From the sequence record NC_024125.2: DNA of 64,000 nucleotides; one strand, written 5' to 3'. This stretch comes from Escherichia phage vB_EcoM_112. How positions within the stretch are numbered: the first letter of the stretch is position 1; every line of letters starts with the position of its first letter. Shown one piece after another: positions 61,181-64,000 of the stretch. Made by a program: the position numbers and the translations under genes. Below the pieces are notes generated by a model, which saw only the letters and a program-made list of their open reading frames with translations, searched no databases and had not been told where the DNA came from.

Positions 61181-61446
61181 TGTTCATCCTTTAGAGTTTG
61201 GTTTACAGCTCTATTATAAATCAATTCATCATTAAGCTCAGTCAAAGACCTATGATATGTAGTTCTAACTTTATTTCCTTGCATCCAGTGCTTGACGTAA
61301 ATGAAACCTTGTTCTACGCATTTTTTAAAAATTCGTTCGTCTTTTTGAGCACGGAATTCTGGATTGCATCTAAAAAATTGATTTACGTGACCGTAATCAC
61401 GTGTAGTATTACCTTCATTTTCATAAATAGTATGAACAACAAACAT
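61177..61446 (-). CDS. hypothetical protein (30.1 position)
   Basis: 89 aa ORF. Confidence 0.5.
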   Translation of the reverse strand: MFVVHTIYENEGNTTRDYGHVNQFFRCNPEFRAQKDERIFKKCVEQGFIYVKHWMQGNKVRTTYHRSLTELNDELIYNRAVNQTLKDEQ

Positions 61447-62285
61447 TAGAATGCTCCTTGGAAAATATTATCACCACTAGTAGGTCTATTATACAAATAC
61501 TCTATACCGCCGGGTTTAATATAGTTCCATGTCTGAAACGGATGTGTCTGATATGGATGATATAGATGATTATAAGGATTAAATCCAGGAGTTCTCCAGG
61601 TAGTGTTCCAAGGAAAAGAATCGTTTTTAATCATCTTTTCAATTACATCTTTTATAGCTTTTTCACTATCAAAACTTTCTTTATTTTCCTTCGGTGAAAA
61701 AAGCTTATTCTCTACATCGTTCCATGTATAAACTCGCTGAGCAGTTTTTGGAATACTGTCACGTTCCCCTCGAGCCATCCAATAAACAGGAACATTTAAT
61801 ATTTCACTCGCGTGATCGCAGTGGTGAGCGAGATCGTCAATATAACAAATCACGTTATATTTCTCTTTTGCCTTTTTAAACAACTCTTCTTTTGAAGAAT
61901 CATGACCACACATCAGTACTTCTGAGAAGGCACCAGGAAAAAGAGCATTCAAATTAAATTGACGATTCAGCAGAGCGTCAATAGAATCACCCAATGCTGT
62001 AACAGCTACAAAATTATAATCTTCTTTTAATTTGTTAATTACACACAGGGCATCTTTATATGGAGACAAGTAACGAATAAAATCTGAACGATTGTATTTT
62101 TCAATTAACTTGACGCCAAGTTCTTCATCACAATTAAAAAGTTTACCAGGAGAAATAAATTTTTCATCTTGGATCATTTTTAAAATATGTTCCAATGGAA
62201 GATTATATTTCTGAGCAAAATAAGGAAGGCCTGATTGCCAGCTTAAACATACTCCATCAATATCAGTTAAAATAGTAGGCTTCAT
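61446..62285 (-). CDS. HAD-superfamily-like hydrolase (30.2 position)
   Basis: 279 aa; N-terminal DIDGV motif (HAD motif I DxDG). Confidence 0.55.
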   Translation of the reverse strand: MKPTILTDIDGVCLSWQSGLPYFAQKYNLPLEHILKMIQDEKFISPGKLFNCDEELGVKLIEKYNRSDFIRYLSPYKDALCVINKLKEDYNFVAVTALGDSIDALLNRQFNLNALFPGAFSEVLMCGHDSSKEELFKKAKEKYNVICYIDDLAHHCDHASEILNVPVYWMARGERDSIPKTAQRVYTWNDVENKLFSPKENKESFDSEKAIKDVIEKMIKNDSFPWNTTWRTPGFNPYNHLYHPYQTHPFQTWNYIKPGGIEYLYNRPTSGDNIFQGAF

Positions 62286-62746
62286 AGAGAGTCTCTTAAT
62301 AGGTTTAACACATCAATAAATTCAGCTTCGGTTAGTATTGTATCATCTTTTGTTAGACCACTAGCCATGCTGTGCTTCAAAACTTTTCCTTTCGAGGCTT
62401 GTAATGCATCACGAAAGCCCTTGTTTTGGATTGCTGCTTCAAAATATGCATTTGTGTATAATTCTTTCCACGCCGGGGAGTATCTTGAAAACGGAACTCC
62501 AAGCCAGAAGAGGGTCCCACGGTCCTGAGCTCTAGCATAAGACCTTCCAGCTTGTTGAGCGGCAAGCCCGGATAACCCAAATATACGACGTTGTTGTTCA
62601 ACATTTTTCACCTTGCATCCTTGGAGGAATCCTTCAAGACCTCCAAATTGAATACCATCCATAACGAAAGGCCATTGGGCGAAATTACTTAATGCACATG
62701 ATGGCCACCTAAAATTGCTTCTAATCTCTAACTCAGACATTTTCAA
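62282..62746 (-). CDS. NADAR / YbiA-like domain protein (30.3 position)
   Basis: 154 aa; LSNFAQWPFVMDGIQF resembles the YbiA/NADAR signature FSNFAAWPIKVDGKTW. Confidence 0.5.
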   Translation of the reverse strand: MKMSELEIRSNFRWPSCALSNFAQWPFVMDGIQFGGLEGFLQGCKVKNVEQQRRIFGLSGLAAQQAGRSYARAQDRGTLFWLGVPFSRYSPAWKELYTNAYFEAAIQNKGFRDALQASKGKVLKHSMASGLTKDDTILTEAEFIDVLNLLRDSL

Positions 62747-62939
62747 TGCTTATAATTTCAACATCAGCCCAATGACCATAGCAAGGAAGACGAAATTCAA
62801 CTGGCCAGTTAGGGTCCTTTTCTAATATAATAGACTCAACTCGTGGTTCTTCATGTTCATCAGTATATGGATTTTTATCTGTTACTTTATATGTGACCTT
62901 AATGTACTGAATTCCAAAAATCTTATTAATTATATTCAT
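62733..62939 (-). CDS. hypothetical protein
   Basis: 68 aa ORF. Confidence 0.45.
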   Translation of the reverse strand: MNIINKIFGIQYIKVTYKVTDKNPYTDEHEEPRVESIILEKDPNWPVEFRLPCYGHWADVEIISIENV

Positions 62940-63133
62940 ACTAATTCCTTTAATCCGTAGATAGGAGATAATTCATCGCCCATATGAAGGTCTTCATTTC
63001 CATCTACCCAAGAAACAATATAAGCCTCTTTTACTTGAACATCTCCCAATTTAAATGCGGGTAAAACCTTAGAAATTAATCCAGGTATACCAACTCCCTT
63101 TAATTCAACGGTTTGACCTAAAAAGAATTTCAT
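62936..63133 (-). CDS. hypothetical protein
   Basis: 65 aa ORF. Confidence 0.45.
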   Translation of the reverse strand: MKFFLGQTVELKGVGIPGLISKVLPAFKLGDVQVKEAYIVSWVDGNEDLHMGDELSPIYGLKELV

Positions 63134-63420
63134 TAGAACCTCATCTGAAACCCATGTGATTTAACATTACCGCCATTAATATCAGAACTATTAATTTCGC
63201 GTGCAATTGAGGGATCAATGTCAATTTCACGATTGAGTTTAGCGATAGCTAGAGTATCACGCCCATTTACAGTACGAAACTCTAAAGGGCAGACTGCATT
63301 AACATAGTTTTTAATCGATTCACTGGTAGGTTGCAAATGAGCAGGAAGGTCTTTAGGCGCCTTAGAGAAAACCACTTCACAGAAATTTTTGCGGGTATCA
63401 AAATAAGTAGTCATAAACAT
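63133..63420 (-). CDS. hypothetical protein (95 aa from ATG 63420)
   Basis: Track ORF 63133..63471; ATG 63420 has RBS GAGGA and leaves hairpin 63436..63453 intergenic. Confidence 0.5.
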   Translation of the reverse strand: MFMTTYFDTRKNFCEVVFSKAPKDLPAHLQPTSESIKNYVNAVCPLEFRTVNGRDTLAIAKLNREIDIDPSIAREINSSDINGGNVKSHGFQMRF

Positions 63421-63435
63421 AGTATTTTCCTCAGT

Positions 63436-63453
63436 AAGGGGCCGAAGCCCCTG
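63436..63453 (-). repeat. GC hairpin GGGGC-CGAA-GCCCC, copy 3 of 3
   Basis: aaggggccgaagcccctg. Confidence 0.7.
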
Positions 63454-63460
63454 TTTTATT

Positions 63461-63826
63461 TTAAATATCAAATTCGTTAAGAACTACATCAAAGATTGCT
63501 TCAAGATGCTCAGGTTTAGCTCTGTTACTCAGAATATGACGAATCCAAGTTTTAACCAGAAGCTTACGATTGACGCCATTCCAGCAAGGATGAGTCCCTA
63601 AATCACGTTGACGAAAATCATCATCTAATGCGATTTTAAAAGAAGAACCTTCTTTCGTGATTGAAACCGTGATGCCATTTTCAAATCGCATATAAACGTA
63701 GTTAGGAGTCATATACTGTTCAATTTCGCATACTGATCCATTTTGATGTTTCCAAAGGCAGATAGTATCAATAGAACCTGCAATACCGTTAGAAACATAT
63801 TTACGTTCAAAGTTGATGTAGTTCAT
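63461..63826 (-). CDS. hypothetical protein (30.7 position)
   Basis: 121 aa ORF; sigma70-like promoter on minus strand in 63827..63894 (GTTTAC, 17 nt, TATTAT). Confidence 0.5.
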   Translation of the reverse strand: MNYINFERKYVSNGIAGSIDTICLWKHQNGSVCEIEQYMTPNYVYMRFENGITVSITKEGSSFKIALDDDFRQRDLGTHPCWNGVNRKLLVKTWIRHILSNRAKPEHLEAIFDVVLNEFDI

Positions 63827-63894
63827 TTTTATTCTCCGAGATGTTTAATTGCGGTACAGATATATAATATCATATCCTGTACCAAAGTAAACAA

Positions 63895-64000
63895 TTATTT
63901 TACTACTTTCCAATGCTTCATGTCAAGTTTACCAACTTTTTTCATCTTCTCAATTAAGCGTTCGGCACGTTGGCGAGCTGTAACATAATACCATTCACCT
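63895..64000 (-). CDS. hypothetical protein, C-terminal part (gene starts beyond window end)
   Basis: Open minus-strand frame ...GEWYYVTARQRAERLIEKMKKVGKLDMKHWKVVK ending at stop 63895..63897. Confidence 0.35.
   Translation of the reverse strand, partial: GEWYYVTARQRAERLIEKMKKVGKLDMKHWKVVK

Overview
This window is a contiguous segment of a T4-type (T-even, Tevenvirinae) myovirus genome, close to but not identical to T4. Calls rest on reading the translated ORFs against remembered T4 proteins and on motifs visible in the DNA; no database search was run. Left part (1-13.1 kb, minus strand): lysozyme e, nudE, a block of small overlapping ORFs, a repeat-flanked cassette encoding a capsid-targeting-sequence (CTS) protein, a stable-RNA region, eight tRNA genes with segB inside the cluster, a hypervariable internal-protein-like locus with repeated promoter/stem-loop elements, then 57B (Acb1-like 2H phosphoesterase), 57A, 1, 3, an HNH endonuclease gene, 2 and 4. 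Middle (13.2-43 kb, plus strand): late structural module in canonical order 53, 5, 5.1, 5.4, 6-12, wac, 13-20, 67, 68, 21-24. Right part: rnlB, 24.2, 24.3, hoc, inh, uvsW, uvsY, baseplate genes 25-26 and 51-27-28-29-48-54, a frameshifted partial copy of the alt N-terminus, alt, DNA ligase 30 and the 30.1-30.7 ORFs. Differences from T4 as I recall it: lysozyme differs at about three residues, gp12 and wac differ slightly in length, no seg gene at the 5.1/5.4, 23/24 or inh/uvsW junctions, and an HNH gene sits between genes 2 and 3. The best candidates for undescribed biology are the accessory islets: the repeat-flanked CTS cassette (5.2-5.8 kb), the internal-protein-like locus (7.5-9.1 kb), the HNH insertion, the alt N-terminal duplicate and the small-ORF block downstream of nudE.
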